Source: Trichormus sp. ATA11-4-KO1
GTDB taxonomy: Bacteria > Cyanobacteriota > Cyanobacteriia > Cyanobacteriales > Nostocaceae
DNA: 64,000 bases
Direction: 5' to 3'
NCBI GenBank assembly: GCA_019358915.1
Contig: JAHHIM010000065.1
Location: 256,001 to 320,000, forward strand
How positions within the stretch are numbered: the first letter of the stretch is position 1; every line of letters starts with the position of its first letter. Below the pieces are notes generated by a model. That model was not told where the DNA came from and searched no databases. It saw nothing but the letters and a program-made list of their open reading frames with translations. Positions 42,869 to 53,047 of this stretch are shown here, piece after piece. The position numbers and the translations under genes are program-made.

Positions 42869-44041
42869 TCAGCTTTCAGAATTTTCTTGTACAGAACTAA
42901 GCCAGCGACTAGTAATTTTTTGTAAAGAACCATTTTCAGACATCCGCAGCAATTCAATGTTGATATCCTTTTTTAAAGAACTATTGATGGGTAAGACAAA
43001 CCCATAAAGCTCAGTTCCTAAAGTCAAGTCAGTTAATTTGAGATTCAGTTCGGGATTTTGATTCAGGTAGTATTCTATAGCAGGACGGTCGAAGACTACT
43101 GCATCGGCTTGTTCCGCAGATAATAGTTTTACAGCATCGGCTAGGGTGGGGACTTCTTGAACGCGACTGCTATAGTTCTGCACAACCTCGGCACTAGATG
43201 AACCACTGATGGTTGCTACCCTGGCATCTTCTAGGTTTAAAGGACTGGTAAATTGTTCAGTAGAACCACCAGATAAGGCGATAGTTATAGCCGAAGCCAG
43301 TCCGGCTGTGAGTGAAGAAACTGTCACCAAAGCCAAAATCATCCAAGTCCCAGCAATGAGACGACCAAGACGGGTTACAGGGGCGCGATCGCCATAACCT
43401 ACAGTAGTTAATGTTACCAGTGCAAACCACATCCCGTTACCCACTCCCTGAACATAATTTTTCGGGAATTGTTCGCTATTTTTATTGCGTTCCGCCAACC
43501 ACACTAAATTCCCGACTACGAACATGAGGATAACTAATACCCCAATTGAGGTTAAAACCGCAGTCTCAAAAAAAGGTTGAACCCGACTCCAAAGACTAGG
43601 ATCGTCAGATGTTGTTAAGACGGCAATCTCTGTAGAAAAATAAGGTTGGGTAAAATCAACTGTTTGTAGACGTTGGGCAGTGATTGTAATGGGGCCAACC
43701 AACAAATCTAATTCTCCCTGCTCCACAACATTTAGGGCATTAGCAACGCTAGACTGAGGTATGATTTCATACTCTATTTTTTGAGAGCGTGCTACTTCTG
43801 ACCATACTTCCAAACTAATGCCGGAAGTGTCAGTATCTTTGCGAACTACAAACGGAGGTGAACCGGCTACACCCACTCGCAAAGGTGCGGCTGAAGCTAA
43901 AGTAGGGACAGAAATAACTAAGGCTACAGCTACCCCAGTCAAGCAATTGTAGTTGGTTGCAACACCCTTGCGGACGTGCAACATAGATGCAGACAACATG
44001 GTATGCAGTTGCTTTGACTGTAGGAATTGCCGAAAATTCAT
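42869..44041 (-). CDS. GluR0-like ligand-gated K+ channel (amino-acid-binding domain plus pore)
   Basis: PPFV...ITITAQR..VDFTQPY binding lobe, TM helices with the TTVGYGD selectivity filter, second lobe; start uncertain. Confidence 0.88.
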   Translation of the reverse strand: MNFRQFLQSKQLHTMLSASMLHVRKGVATNYNCLTGVAVALVISVPTLASAAPLRVGVAGSPPFVVRKDTDTSGISLEVWSEVARSQKIEYEIIPQSSVANALNVVEQGELDLLVGPITITAQRLQTVDFTQPYFSTEIAVLTTSDDPSLWSRVQPFFETAVLTSIGVLVILMFVVGNLVWLAERNKNSEQFPKNYVQGVGNGMWFALVTLTTVGYGDRAPVTRLGRLIAGTWMILALVTVSSLTAGLASAITIALSGGSTEQFTSPLNLEDARVATISGSSSAEVVQNYSSRVQEVPTLADAVKLLSAEQADAVVFDRPAIEYYLNQNPELNLKLTDLTLGTELYGFVLPINSSLKKDINIELLRMSENGSLQKITSRWLSSVQENSES

Positions 44042-44388
44042 TAGTTATTTACTCCTTACGTGTTCAGGCGATCGCACATCACAAAAGGTTATATTGCTGC
44101 TTGAGCAATTTATGGGTAAGACAATACCCCTTAATCTATCACTATCAAACTATTGACAAATTTGCCAAGCTTGCTTACAAAGCCAAGGATGTAGAAAAAC
44201 AGTTTTCATCTGCGTATTTTAAAAAATACAATTGTCAAAATTACTGCTTTTTTAGAGGGAATTTAGTTTGTTTTAACTATGATACAGCTTCGATGAAAGC
44301 TACAAGGGAAGGTGTGTATGCTGTTGTTAAAGATTTCATTGATATTGGCGTAAATATGAATACTAGAAATAATGACGTGTGCAATTGA

Positions 44389-45530
44389 ATCTCAATAATC
44401 CCGTGCATTCGTTTATCTGATTAACTAGTGCCGTTACTTTTAAAAAAGAAAAAGTATATCAAGATGTGACTGATAAACTACAGGTAAATCCGTCAGCAGG
44501 CGCGCTATATCCCACAGAGGTTTATGTACAAATTCGGGGCATACCGGAAATAGTAGATGGTTTATATCATCTAGAAGTTGAGAATAATTGTCTAACGCTG
44601 ATTTATGAATTAATAGATGATGGCTTAGAGAGTTATATTATACCGAGCAGAAGTATCAAGGGATGCATTTTTTTAATTAGTTGTGTTTATTATAGGTCTA
44701 GTTGGAAATATCAAGATAGGAGCCTGAGATATTGCTTTTTAGATAGCGGACATCATTTAGGTGCTGTTGCTGCATCAGCCTATCTCCATGACCAAGATAT
44801 CAAGTTAATTTTTGACTTTGATAAACTTGCTCCCAATACAGACTTAGGCTTTGAGAATAAAGAGTTTGTTACTGCTGCTCTTGTTTCAGGTGAAGATCAA
44901 GAAAAGGAAGTTAAACGCTTCAGACTGAAGATTCCTTTTGTCTGTGCTACAGATTATTTTGAAGCTAATCAATTGATTGAAGATAGCTATCAAGTAACAG
45001 CTGTGCAAAGGAGTCACCCGCAGCTATTAAAACAGCCTCAGTTTAACTTTGATAAGGATAAATTTTATCAAACTGTGTGGAATAGACGTTCGATTAGACG
45101 TTTCCGGAAACAGTCGATTTCTCAAGAAGATTATTTATATATCTTGCAGCAACTTGAGCAGCCAATACCGACAGAAAATTTTGAAGAAATTGAAATTTAC
45201 TCTGTCGTGCATCGGGTAGAGGGGATGTCACCTGGATTATATAAAGGTACGCATCTGCTTAAGTCTGGGAATTTCTCGGAGAAGACAGGTTACTTATGCA
45301 TCAATCAAGCGATCGCTAGAGATTGTGCTGTGACTTTCTTTTTTGTATCTGACTATATAAATTATCAAACTGCTATGCAATTAGCTGGCTTTTTAGGACA
45401 AAAAATTTATTTAGTTAGCAATTATTCAAACCTTGATTGTAGTGGAATTGGTGCTTACTAAGATGATGAAACCCAAGAATTTTTTAGAAACTATTAAAGA
45501 TGTTCTCTATGGAATGGCATTTGGAAAATA
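44389..45530 (+). pseudogene. SagB-type nitroreductase/dehydrogenase, degraded
   Basis: NPSAGALYP, RRSIRRF and SGIGAY motifs. Upstream reads NLNNPVHSFI*LTSAV; premature TAA at 45459 is followed by DDETQE and a frameshifted FLETIKDVLYGMAFGK*. Confidence 0.78.
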
Positions 45531-45549
45531 AATAGGATCAGAAACAGAG

Positions 45550-45927
45550 ATGACTAACAATCAGTTTTACTTTGATAATGAAGATTCCCATCCGATGCAG
45601 CCGACATCGGCGGATATTATCCTGCGGCAACAGCTAGAGTATTCTATTAGTAAATACTTTTACGAAGGTTGCGATCGCACGATTCAAAATCTGCTCTCTA
45701 ATTGTCGCTGGTATGTCACAACCCGCGCTAATGCGATGACGTTAGTGATTGAATGTCCTGATCAAGTTACTAACTGGCGGGTTTTACAGCAAATCGTGCC
45801 CATGGGAACATTGCTTTACTCAATTATTAGCAGTGCTAAAATCCGAGTTTGTCCCCCAGATAGTCAAGGTATACCTTTTGAAATGAGGGTAGATGAACTT
45901 TCTGTTTATCGCGATTGGGCGGGATAA
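45550..45927 (+). CDS. Conserved cyanobacterial hypothetical protein
   Basis: Intact 125-aa ORF (FYEGCD...LLSNCRW...LVIECPD...NWRVL). Confidence 0.75.
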   Translation: MTNNQFYFDNEDSHPMQPTSADIILRQQLEYSISKYFYEGCDRTIQNLLSNCRWYVTTRANAMTLVIECPDQVTNWRVLQQIVPMGTLLYSIISSAKIRVCPPDSQGIPFEMRVDELSVYRDWAG

Positions 45928-45940
45928 TTCGTAATTTAGT

Positions 45941-46402
45941 TTACTGGTTAATGAGTTTGGTTAGTTCTGCAAAAACTAAATCGGCGGAGTGTTTGACTAC
46001 GGGACTTAATTCTAGTCCTAAATCAAGATTTGCGGCTTCAATTAAGTAAACTGTCACATCTTGGGGAAAATCATTGTGAAAGATTTTTCTACCGGCGGCT
46101 AAAGCATTGTCCCAGCGAAAATCATGCAAGTTGTAACTAGGTTCTGGTAAAGCTTCTAGTTCTTCTCCTGGAACTTTAAACACAGCACCAGGTTCGGAAC
46201 CTGTGGAACTTGCATCAATAATTACTAATTGTTTGCTACCTCTAGCTTGAAACATTACTTCCATTCCGGCTGTACCGCAGTCATACACTCGCACATTAGG
46301 ATGGGTATTTTCGGCTAGATATTGTTGTAGGCGTTGGGCAATAATTACGCCTACTGCGTCGTCACTGCGATTAAGATTTCCGCAACCAATGATAGTCAGC
46401 AT
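45941..46402 (-). CDS. hupW: HupL-type hydrogenase maturation protease
   Basis: IIGCGNLNRSDDAVG...DCGTAGMEVMF...LHDFRWD. Confidence 0.92.
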   Translation of the reverse strand: MLTIIGCGNLNRSDDAVGVIIAQRLQQYLAENTHPNVRVYDCGTAGMEVMFQARGSKQLVIIDASSTGSEPGAVFKVPGEELEALPEPSYNLHDFRWDNALAAGRKIFHNDFPQDVTVYLIEAANLDLGLELSPVVKHSADLVFAELTKLINQ

Positions 46403-46588
46403 GGGATGAGATTGATATTTTCTTTATTCTTAGTATTCAAGATTCTTTACTGTAAAAACTTTCCATTGTGAGTAAATTCTCAAGGTAGATATCCATATAG
46501 CTTATGTTCGGTTTTTTCTACCTAAATCCCTGACTAAAAGATATGAATAATATGTAGCCTGGAAGTGTAAATTAAGTATATTTTCATT

Positions 46589-46924
46589 TTGTATACACAA
46601 ATCATTTATCGAGTACTATTACTTTTACCTCCTATTGATTCACAATCTAATCAAGGGGGTGCATTAATTCTTGAAGAGTCTACAACAGATCCAGGTTATA
46701 AAAAAGGTGACTCCTTCAGGGTTACAAAAAAAGTTGGAATAGAAACTCCTACAAGTTTAGAAAATCAAGAATTTACTTTCCTTGTAACTGTTCTAGAGCC
46801 TAAATTTCATTATGATGGTAATACAAAATTTGTCCATATTATGGTGGAATCGCCTGACAGAACTATTACCAAAGCATATACAGATGCACTCAAAGTTCTA
46901 AACTCCAGATATAGCGTTTACTAG
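46589..46924 (+). CDS. Hypothetical protein; last four codons come from the MITE
   Basis: 111-aa ORF with uncertain TTG start; MITE B appears inserted at the TA of an original AGA-TAA stop. Confidence 0.5.
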   Translation: MYTQIIYRVLLLLPPIDSQSNQGGALILEESTTDPGYKKGDSFRVTKKVGIETPTSLENQEFTFLVTVLEPKFHYDGNTKFVHIMVESPDRTITKAYTDALKVLNSRYSVY

Positions 46925-47015
46925 TCTGCTGGAGTACAAATTCATCCGCGTTTATCCGCGTTCATCTGCGTTTAATTATTTTTGTTTGTACCTCACCAGG
47001 ACAAGAAAGGCTATA
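46910..47015 (-). mobile_element. 106-bp TA-flanked MITE, copy B
   Basis: Exact inverted copy of 42728-42833. Confidence 0.92.
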
Positions 47016-47085
47016 AGTTCCTGAATCAGAGGCTTTGTCTGTTTCATCAGTCGAAGCCTCTGAAAAATAAATTATCAGCTAGAAA

Positions 47086-47508
47086 CTAAAACTTGACATC
47101 ATATTTACTAGCAATTTCTATGAATTTTTCACATTGCTGTTGTGATGCTAGAGAAATTATCATTTCTGCTTGTTCTGGAGTGTTGCCATCTTTAGGAATT
47201 AAATACTTGACATAAAGTGCTATAAAATCAGCTACAACTGCCAAACCAGATAAACCATGTTTGTCAGCTTCCTTACCCGCGATCGCAGCTACTAAACCTG
47301 CTTTAATTGGGTCTGGTTTAACTTTCATGAACTGATCTACTAGCTTAGGAATGTATTCTGCTGGTGGTAAATTATCTAACTTAGTTTTGTCAGGAGTAAA
47401 GTCACAGTCTGCGGATTTTGCCTGTTCTAAAACACACCATTCTATAAACTCTTGTAGTGCTGCTTCAGGAAGGCGAGGGAGATATTTATGTAGCGCTATA
47501 TCAGACAC
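47086..47508 (-). CDS. Conserved hypothetical protein
   Basis: Intact 140-aa ORF. Confidence 0.7.
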   Translation of the reverse strand: MSDIALHKYLPRLPEAALQEFIEWCVLEQAKSADCDFTPDKTKLDNLPPAEYIPKLVDQFMKVKPDPIKAGLVAAIAGKEADKHGLSGLAVVADFIALYVKYLIPKDGNTPEQAEMIISLASQQQCEKFIEIASKYDVKF

Positions 47509-47698
47509 AAGCTTACCGTGTGAATTTTGTTTTATTGAAGTGCATCAAAGCTAGCCTAACGCATTGTTTATATAAGTTTTAGTGTGTTACGCTACGACTG
47601 TTGAATAAATATTGAAATGAATTATATTTTGGTGTTTTGTCCAGAAGCTTGTGAAGACTAGATGAGTTTCATGGTTGTTACGAAAAAGGCAGAAACTA

Positions 47699-48385
47699 AT
47701 GGGTTTTAATCTTGAAAATGTCATTCCTTGGGGACGTTCAATGCAGGAATACATCAAGATGTTCAACTTAACTCCTGAAGACCTCAAGTTAAATATCCTC
47801 GATTGTGCTGGCGGGCCTGCTAGTTTCAATGCAGAAATGATGCTTCAAGGCTATAAAGTAACCTCTTGTGATCCGATTTATCAATTCACAGCAGATGAAA
47901 TTTATACGCGTATTCAAGACACTTACGAAACAGTAATCCAAGGTGTAAAAGCCAATCAAAAATGCTATCTTTGGCAAGATATCCAGTCACCTGAAATGAT
48001 GGGTGAAATTCGCATGGCAGCTATGCGTCAATTTTTAGCAGATTTCCCTCTAGGAATTAATCAAGGGCGTTATGTAATAGATGAGTTACCTAACTTGCCT
48101 TTTGAAATCAATCAATTTGATTTAGCTTTATGTTCCCACTTACTCTTTACTTATTCTGATCAACTTGCAGAAGAATTTCATTTAGCGTCAATTTTAGAAA
48201 TGTGTCGAGTAGCCAAGGAAGTACGTATTTTTCCTCTATTAAAACTATCAGGGGAATTATCTCCCTGGCTGCAACCAGTGATAACTGAACTACAAAAACG
48301 AGGTTATGCGGTAGAAATCAAGCAAGTCCCTTATGAATTTCAGCAGAATGGTAACCAAATATTGCGTGTGAACTCAGATAGATAA
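47699..48385 (+). CDS. SAM-dependent methyltransferase-like protein
   Basis: ILDCAGGPASF...FDLALCSHLLF...EMCRVAKEVRIFPL. Confidence 0.85.
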   Translation: MGFNLENVIPWGRSMQEYIKMFNLTPEDLKLNILDCAGGPASFNAEMMLQGYKVTSCDPIYQFTADEIYTRIQDTYETVIQGVKANQKCYLWQDIQSPEMMGEIRMAAMRQFLADFPLGINQGRYVIDELPNLPFEINQFDLALCSHLLFTYSDQLAEEFHLASILEMCRVAKEVRIFPLLKLSGELSPWLQPVITELQKRGYAVEIKQVPYEFQQNGNQILRVNSDR

Positions 48386-48397
48386 ATCCCCGTTTTT

Positions 48398-48868
48398 TTA
48401 AAAGCGAGACTTGGCTTTATCAACTAACAATGATGAGGTAAGTGCTACCATTCCCAGGAGTGCTATTCCGAGACGAAGCAAATGATAAAAGTGCCATTGA
48501 TAACGAAGGGTAGACCAATTACTTGGCGCGGTAAGTGGAGTCCAATTATCAATTTGCTGATTGATTGGTTGAATAAATACTGCCCAGACAACTAACATCA
48601 AAATCATACAAACTAACCCAACTAAAGTTAGCCAAAAAGACTTTCGCTGACGACGAATCAAAACAGTTGCTAGTGTAGCAGAAACAAAAGAGGGAATCTC
48701 AATAAAAGCTAATTTAACTTTATAGCTAATCACCTGATTTTGTACCAAGATGTAGCAATCAATAGGTAATGACAATTTTCCCGGTATCTGCATAAAGTGT
48801 GCATATGAAACGCCTAACTGTACGCCCATCAGCACAACTGCTAGCAGCTGAAAAATCCTTAGTGCCAT
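48398..48868 (-). CDS. DUF1772 / anthrone oxygenase-like membrane protein
   Basis: Four hydrophobic helices; PINQQI..W...PSNWSTLRYQWHFYH. Confidence 0.7.
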   Translation of the reverse strand: MALRIFQLLAVVLMGVQLGVSYAHFMQIPGKLSLPIDCYILVQNQVISYKVKLAFIEIPSFVSATLATVLIRRQRKSFWLTLVGLVCMILMLVVWAVFIQPINQQIDNWTPLTAPSNWSTLRYQWHFYHLLRLGIALLGMVALTSSLLVDKAKSRF

Positions 48869-49037
48869 TGATAATTTCCAGTGACAATTAAAACAAACTT
48901 AAAACTAAAAATGATATGCATAGTAGCTTTTCACTAGACAAAGCTCCTCATCATCAGAGTATATTAAGTGGGAAACCCGCTTGAGCGTGGTTTTGTTTTG
49001 TGTATTTAGCCTGCGGGAAGTATATCAAAAGTATCCC

Positions 49038-49685
49038 ATGAATCAAATAGTTTGGATCGCAAGACACGCCAACCGCCTAGATTTCGTCAACCCTGATTGG
49101 TTTCTCACCGCAGAACGACGTTACGATCCACCTCTGTCTGATGATGGTATGGAACAGGCGCAGCAGTTAGCTAAACGCTTGCAAAAAGAAAAAATTTCTC
49201 ATATTTTCACTTCTCCATTTCTGCGAACTATACAAACAGCTAACGCAGTTGCAGAAGTTTTAGATTTACCCATTAAACTGGAAACAGGTTTGAGTGAGTG
49301 GCTAAATCCCGCTTGGATGACAGAAGAACCAGAAAGACTTTCAGTTCCAGCATTAGCAGAATTATTCCCCAGAATTGATGTTAGCTACACACCGCGCATT
49401 GCTGCTCAATATCCGGAAACTCACGAAAAAGTACGAGCACGTTCTGGACAAACTGCCAGATGTTTAGCTACTGAATGCTATCCCCAGGATATTTTGTTGG
49501 TAGCACATGGTGCATCTGTACTAGGGGCAGCCATGGGGTTAGTGGGGGACATGGCCATAACAGAAGTAAAAGCTTCTTTATGTTCCTTAGTCAAAGTTGT
49601 ACGCCAAGGCCCTGAATGGTTGCTAGAACTAAAGGGAGATACTTCCCATTTGACACAGATAGAGGAAGTAATTCGATTTGCTTAA
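49038..49685 (+). CDS. Histidine phosphatase family protein
   Basis: IARHANR, SPFLRTIQTA, LVAHGAS. Confidence 0.9.
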   Translation: MNQIVWIARHANRLDFVNPDWFLTAERRYDPPLSDDGMEQAQQLAKRLQKEKISHIFTSPFLRTIQTANAVAEVLDLPIKLETGLSEWLNPAWMTEEPERLSVPALAELFPRIDVSYTPRIAAQYPETHEKVRARSGQTARCLATECYPQDILLVAHGASVLGAAMGLVGDMAITEVKASLCSLVKVVRQGPEWLLELKGDTSHLTQIEEVIRFA

Positions 49686-49770
49686 ATCCCTCATAGGGAT
49701 TTTAAATCATGTTTTGCACCCTCCTGGGTTTACTCTACAGAAAAAGTAATTAATTCGCTAATTAAGTTGT

Positions 49771-50796
49771 ATGACCTTGTTACTAGCAGGAGACATCGGC
49801 GGTACGAAAACTATTTTGCGGTTGGTGGAAGCAGTAGACTCACTAGAGTTACATACTATTCATGAGGAAACATACCGGAGTGGGGATTTTCCTGATTTAG
49901 TACCGTTAGTGCAGCAGTTTCTGCTCAAGGCTAATACACCAGTACCACAAAAGGCTTGTTTTGCGATCGCCGGGCCAGTGGTGAATAATACTGCCAAGCT
50001 AACCAATTTAGCCTGGTTTCTCGATACCGAGCGTTTAAAACAAGAATTAGGCATCGAATCCATTTCCCTAATTAATGACTTTGCGGCTGTAGGTTACGGC
50101 ATTTTCGGGTTAAGTAAACAAGACTTGCTGACTTTGCAAGCTGGCAAACACAAACTAGAAGCACCCATTGCCATTATTGGTGCTGGTACTGGTTTAGGAC
50201 AAGGATTTTTAATTAAACAGGGCAACTACTATCAAGTTTTTCCCTCAGAAGGTGGACACGCTGATTTTGCCCCGCGTAGCGAGTTAGAGTTTCAATTATT
50301 GAAATACCTATTGGATAAACATGATATCCAGCGTGTTTCTGTGGAAAGAGTGGTTTCGGGACAGGGAGTTGTTGCCATTTACCAATTTTTACGTGATCGC
50401 AAAATAGCCGCCGAATCACCAGAAATCGCCCAAATCGTTAGAACCTGGGAACAAGAGGCCGGACATCAAGAAAAGAGCGTTGATCCTGGTGCAGCCATTG
50501 GAACAGCTGCAATCCAAGGAAGCGATCGCCTATCGGTACAAACCTTACAATTATTTGTAGACATTTACGGTGCAGAAGCTGGCAATCTTGCCCTGAAATT
50601 TTTACCTTATGGTGGTTTGTATATTGCTGGTGGGATTGCGCCCAAAATTTTGCCTCTGCTGAAAAACGGCAGTTTTCTCTTAAATTTCAGCCAAAAAGGG
50701 AGGATGCGTCCCATCCTCGAAGAGATCCCTGTGTATGTTATTCTCAATCAACAAGTGGGGCTAATTGGTGCGGCTTTACGTGCTGCTAGGTTATAA
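49771..50796 (+). CDS. glk: Glucokinase
   Basis: AGDIGGTK, LINDFAA, GAGTGLG, SEGGH. Confidence 0.96.
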   Translation: MTLLLAGDIGGTKTILRLVEAVDSLELHTIHEETYRSGDFPDLVPLVQQFLLKANTPVPQKACFAIAGPVVNNTAKLTNLAWFLDTERLKQELGIESISLINDFAAVGYGIFGLSKQDLLTLQAGKHKLEAPIAIIGAGTGLGQGFLIKQGNYYQVFPSEGGHADFAPRSELEFQLLKYLLDKHDIQRVSVERVVSGQGVVAIYQFLRDRKIAAESPEIAQIVRTWEQEAGHQEKSVDPGAAIGTAAIQGSDRLSVQTLQLFVDIYGAEAGNLALKFLPYGGLYIAGGIAPKILPLLKNGSFLLNFSQKGRMRPILEEIPVYVILNQQVGLIGAALRAARL

Positions 50797-50841
50797 CAGC
50801 TGGCATCATCAGTAATATCTGCATCGTCGGTTGCTAAAATT

Positions 50842-51444
50842 ATGACTCTTAGAGGTTTGTTACCACTCATCACCGCCATTGTTATCTGCGGTGGATCTAT
50901 CCTAGTCGAAGCACGTCAACCCCAGCGTCCAGTTTCTGCGGCTAAACCAACTGCTACTCAACCAGTGCAGCCACAATGGAAGTTATTCACTGCCCCAGAT
51001 GGGCGCTTTACTGTTTTAATGCCAGGCCAACCAGAAAGAAATAGTGAAACTCAAAAAACCTACATGGGGGAAATTAACTTAGAAATGTTTGTTGCCCAAC
51101 CACCAAAGCAAGAAGTGGCTTATGTGGTTGTTTACAACGACTTTCCTTACAGTTACGGTCAAATGGCCAATCCCCAAACAATCCTGAATAATGCCAGGGA
51201 TATGGCTTTAAAAACTACGAGAAGTAATTTAATTAGTCAGCGCAACATTCGTAGTTCCAATGGTCATCCTGGCAAAGAAATTGTATATATCAACACTGGC
51301 GGTAAAATCACCAAAAACAGGATGTATGTGACTGAGGGGCGATTGTATCAAGTAATGGCCATTACAAGTAGAAAACAGCAGCAGACTTTAGCTAAAACCA
51401 TTACCGGATATTTAAATTCCTTCCATGTGGTTTTGAAAAAGTGA
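50842..51444 (+). CDS. Secreted hypothetical protein
   Basis: Signal peptide; GRFTVLMPG...RLYQV...YLNSF pattern. Confidence 0.7.
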   Translation: MTLRGLLPLITAIVICGGSILVEARQPQRPVSAAKPTATQPVQPQWKLFTAPDGRFTVLMPGQPERNSETQKTYMGEINLEMFVAQPPKQEVAYVVVYNDFPYSYGQMANPQTILNNARDMALKTTRSNLISQRNIRSSNGHPGKEIVYINTGGKITKNRMYVTEGRLYQVMAITSRKQQQTLAKTITGYLNSFHVVLKK

Positions 51445-51644
51445 AATTTACAGCCATTTTCATGGAAGGAACTGTCAAATAACCAAACATCTCAAATTTT
51501 ATTGTGGGATGGGTGTCCCCACCCGTCCCATCTTTATGTAGGGTTTTTTCATGACAGTTAATAGGCAGTATCAACAAACTACAACAAAAACTGGTAAATT
51601 ACCCTATTAACCTGAAAATTTAGTAATTTAAATAACCAAAAATT

Positions 51645-52745
51645 ATGAAACGCCGAGAGATTCTCAACACAACTGCGATCGCCACGGCAACGGCGGTAAC
51701 TCTAGTTTCCTGTACACGCACGGAAACAGCCGCTAATGTGCAAACTGGAATGCCAAATATCCGGTGGCGAATGGCAACTAGTTGGCCCAAGTCATTAGGT
51801 ATTTTTTCAGGTGCTGATGTAGTTGCTAGGCGAGTGCGAGAAATGACCAACGGACGTTTCACCATTACACCATTTGCGGCGGGGGAGTTGGTTCCAGGAT
51901 TGCAAGTCATGGACTCTGTACAAGCAGGAACTGTAGAATGCGGACATACTGCTAGTTATTATTACATCGGTAAAAATTTAGCTTTAGCTTTTGCCACATC
52001 CGTACCCTTCGGCTTAAATGCCCAACAGCAGAATGCTTGGCTGTATCATGGCGGGGGACTAGAAGTTATGCAAAAAATCTACAGCGACTTCAATATTATT
52101 AATTTTCCCGCAGGTAACACCGGGGCGCAAATGGGGGGATGGTTTAAAAGAGAAATTAACACTGTGGCTGACCTCCAAGGTTTGAAAATGCGGATTCCCG
52201 GATTAGGGGGACAAGTCGTATCTCGTATGGGGGTGAATGTGCAAGTGTTACCCGGAGGCGAAATCTTTTTAGCACTAGATCGCGGTGCAATTGATGCGGC
52301 TGAGTGGGTAGGCCCTTACGATGATGAGAAACTGGGTTTACAGAAAGCTGCACAATTCTACTATTATCCAGGCTGGTGGGAACCAGGTCCGACAATGGAA
52401 GTACTAGTTAACCGTGGTGCGTGGGACAAATTGCCCAAGGAATACCAAGAAATTTTTAAGACAGCGACTCATGAAGCCAACATGAATATGTTAACTGAGT
52501 ATGATGCCTTGAATGGGCAAGCACTTTCGAGATTAAGTGCTGGTGGTACTAAATTAGTTTCCTTCAGCCCAGAAATTATGCAAGCATCGCAAAAAGCCTC
52601 TTTTGATTTATTCGAGGAAAACGCTAGTAAAGATGCAACTTTCAAAGAAGTTTATGAACAGTGGAAAGGCTTCCGCAAGCAAGTTTTTGACTGGAACCGT
52701 GTTAATGAATTAAGTTACGCCAATTTCGCTATTTCTAATAGTTAG
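51645..52745 (+). CDS. dctP: TRAP transporter substrate-binding protein (DctP/TakP family)
   Basis: Tat/lipoprotein leader, [36 protein letters not shown]. Confidence 0.93.
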   Translation: MKRREILNTTAIATATAVTLVSCTRTETAANVQTGMPNIRWRMATSWPKSLGIFSGADVVARRVREMTNGRFTITPFAAGELVPGLQVMDSVQAGTVECGHTASYYYIGKNLALAFATSVPFGLNAQQQNAWLYHGGGLEVMQKIYSDFNIINFPAGNTGAQMGGWFKREINTVADLQGLKMRIPGLGGQVVSRMGVNVQVLPGGEIFLALDRGAIDAAEWVGPYDDEKLGLQKAAQFYYYPGWWEPGPTMEVLVNRGAWDKLPKEYQEIFKTATHEANMNMLTEYDALNGQALSRLSAGGTKLVSFSPEIMQASQKASFDLFEENASKDATFKEVYEQWKGFRKQVFDWNRVNELSYANFAISNS

Positions 52746-53047
52746 GGAGTAGGGAGCGGGGGAGCGGGGGAGCAGGATAGTAGTAATTTAATTTTCGGAG
52801 TTACCTAAATATATCCCTGGTTTTGTCACTCTCGGAAAACAATAATCTCAGCCAAATTCTGAGACTTTGATTTAATCCAGGTTTGAGGCTTTATTTCCTA
52901 ACAGAAACTAAAATTCATAGACGAAAAGTGGAAACTAAAGCACCGTAACCATTTGAGCGATTGGATTCTCCCAAAGTGACAAATGAGGGATATATAAGTT
53001 TTTTTCTCCTCTGCCCCTCTGCCCCTCTGCCTGTTTTTCCCCATTCC

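Noticed and set aside
43987..44388. 133-aa ORF between the channel and the nitroreductase
   Set aside because: It overlaps the channel start, is AT-rich and motif-free, and is probably spurious or a remnant.
44466..45461. SagB dehydrogenase as part of a RiPP cluster
   Set aside because: No YcaO/cyclodehydratase or precursor gene is nearby, and the gene itself is degraded.
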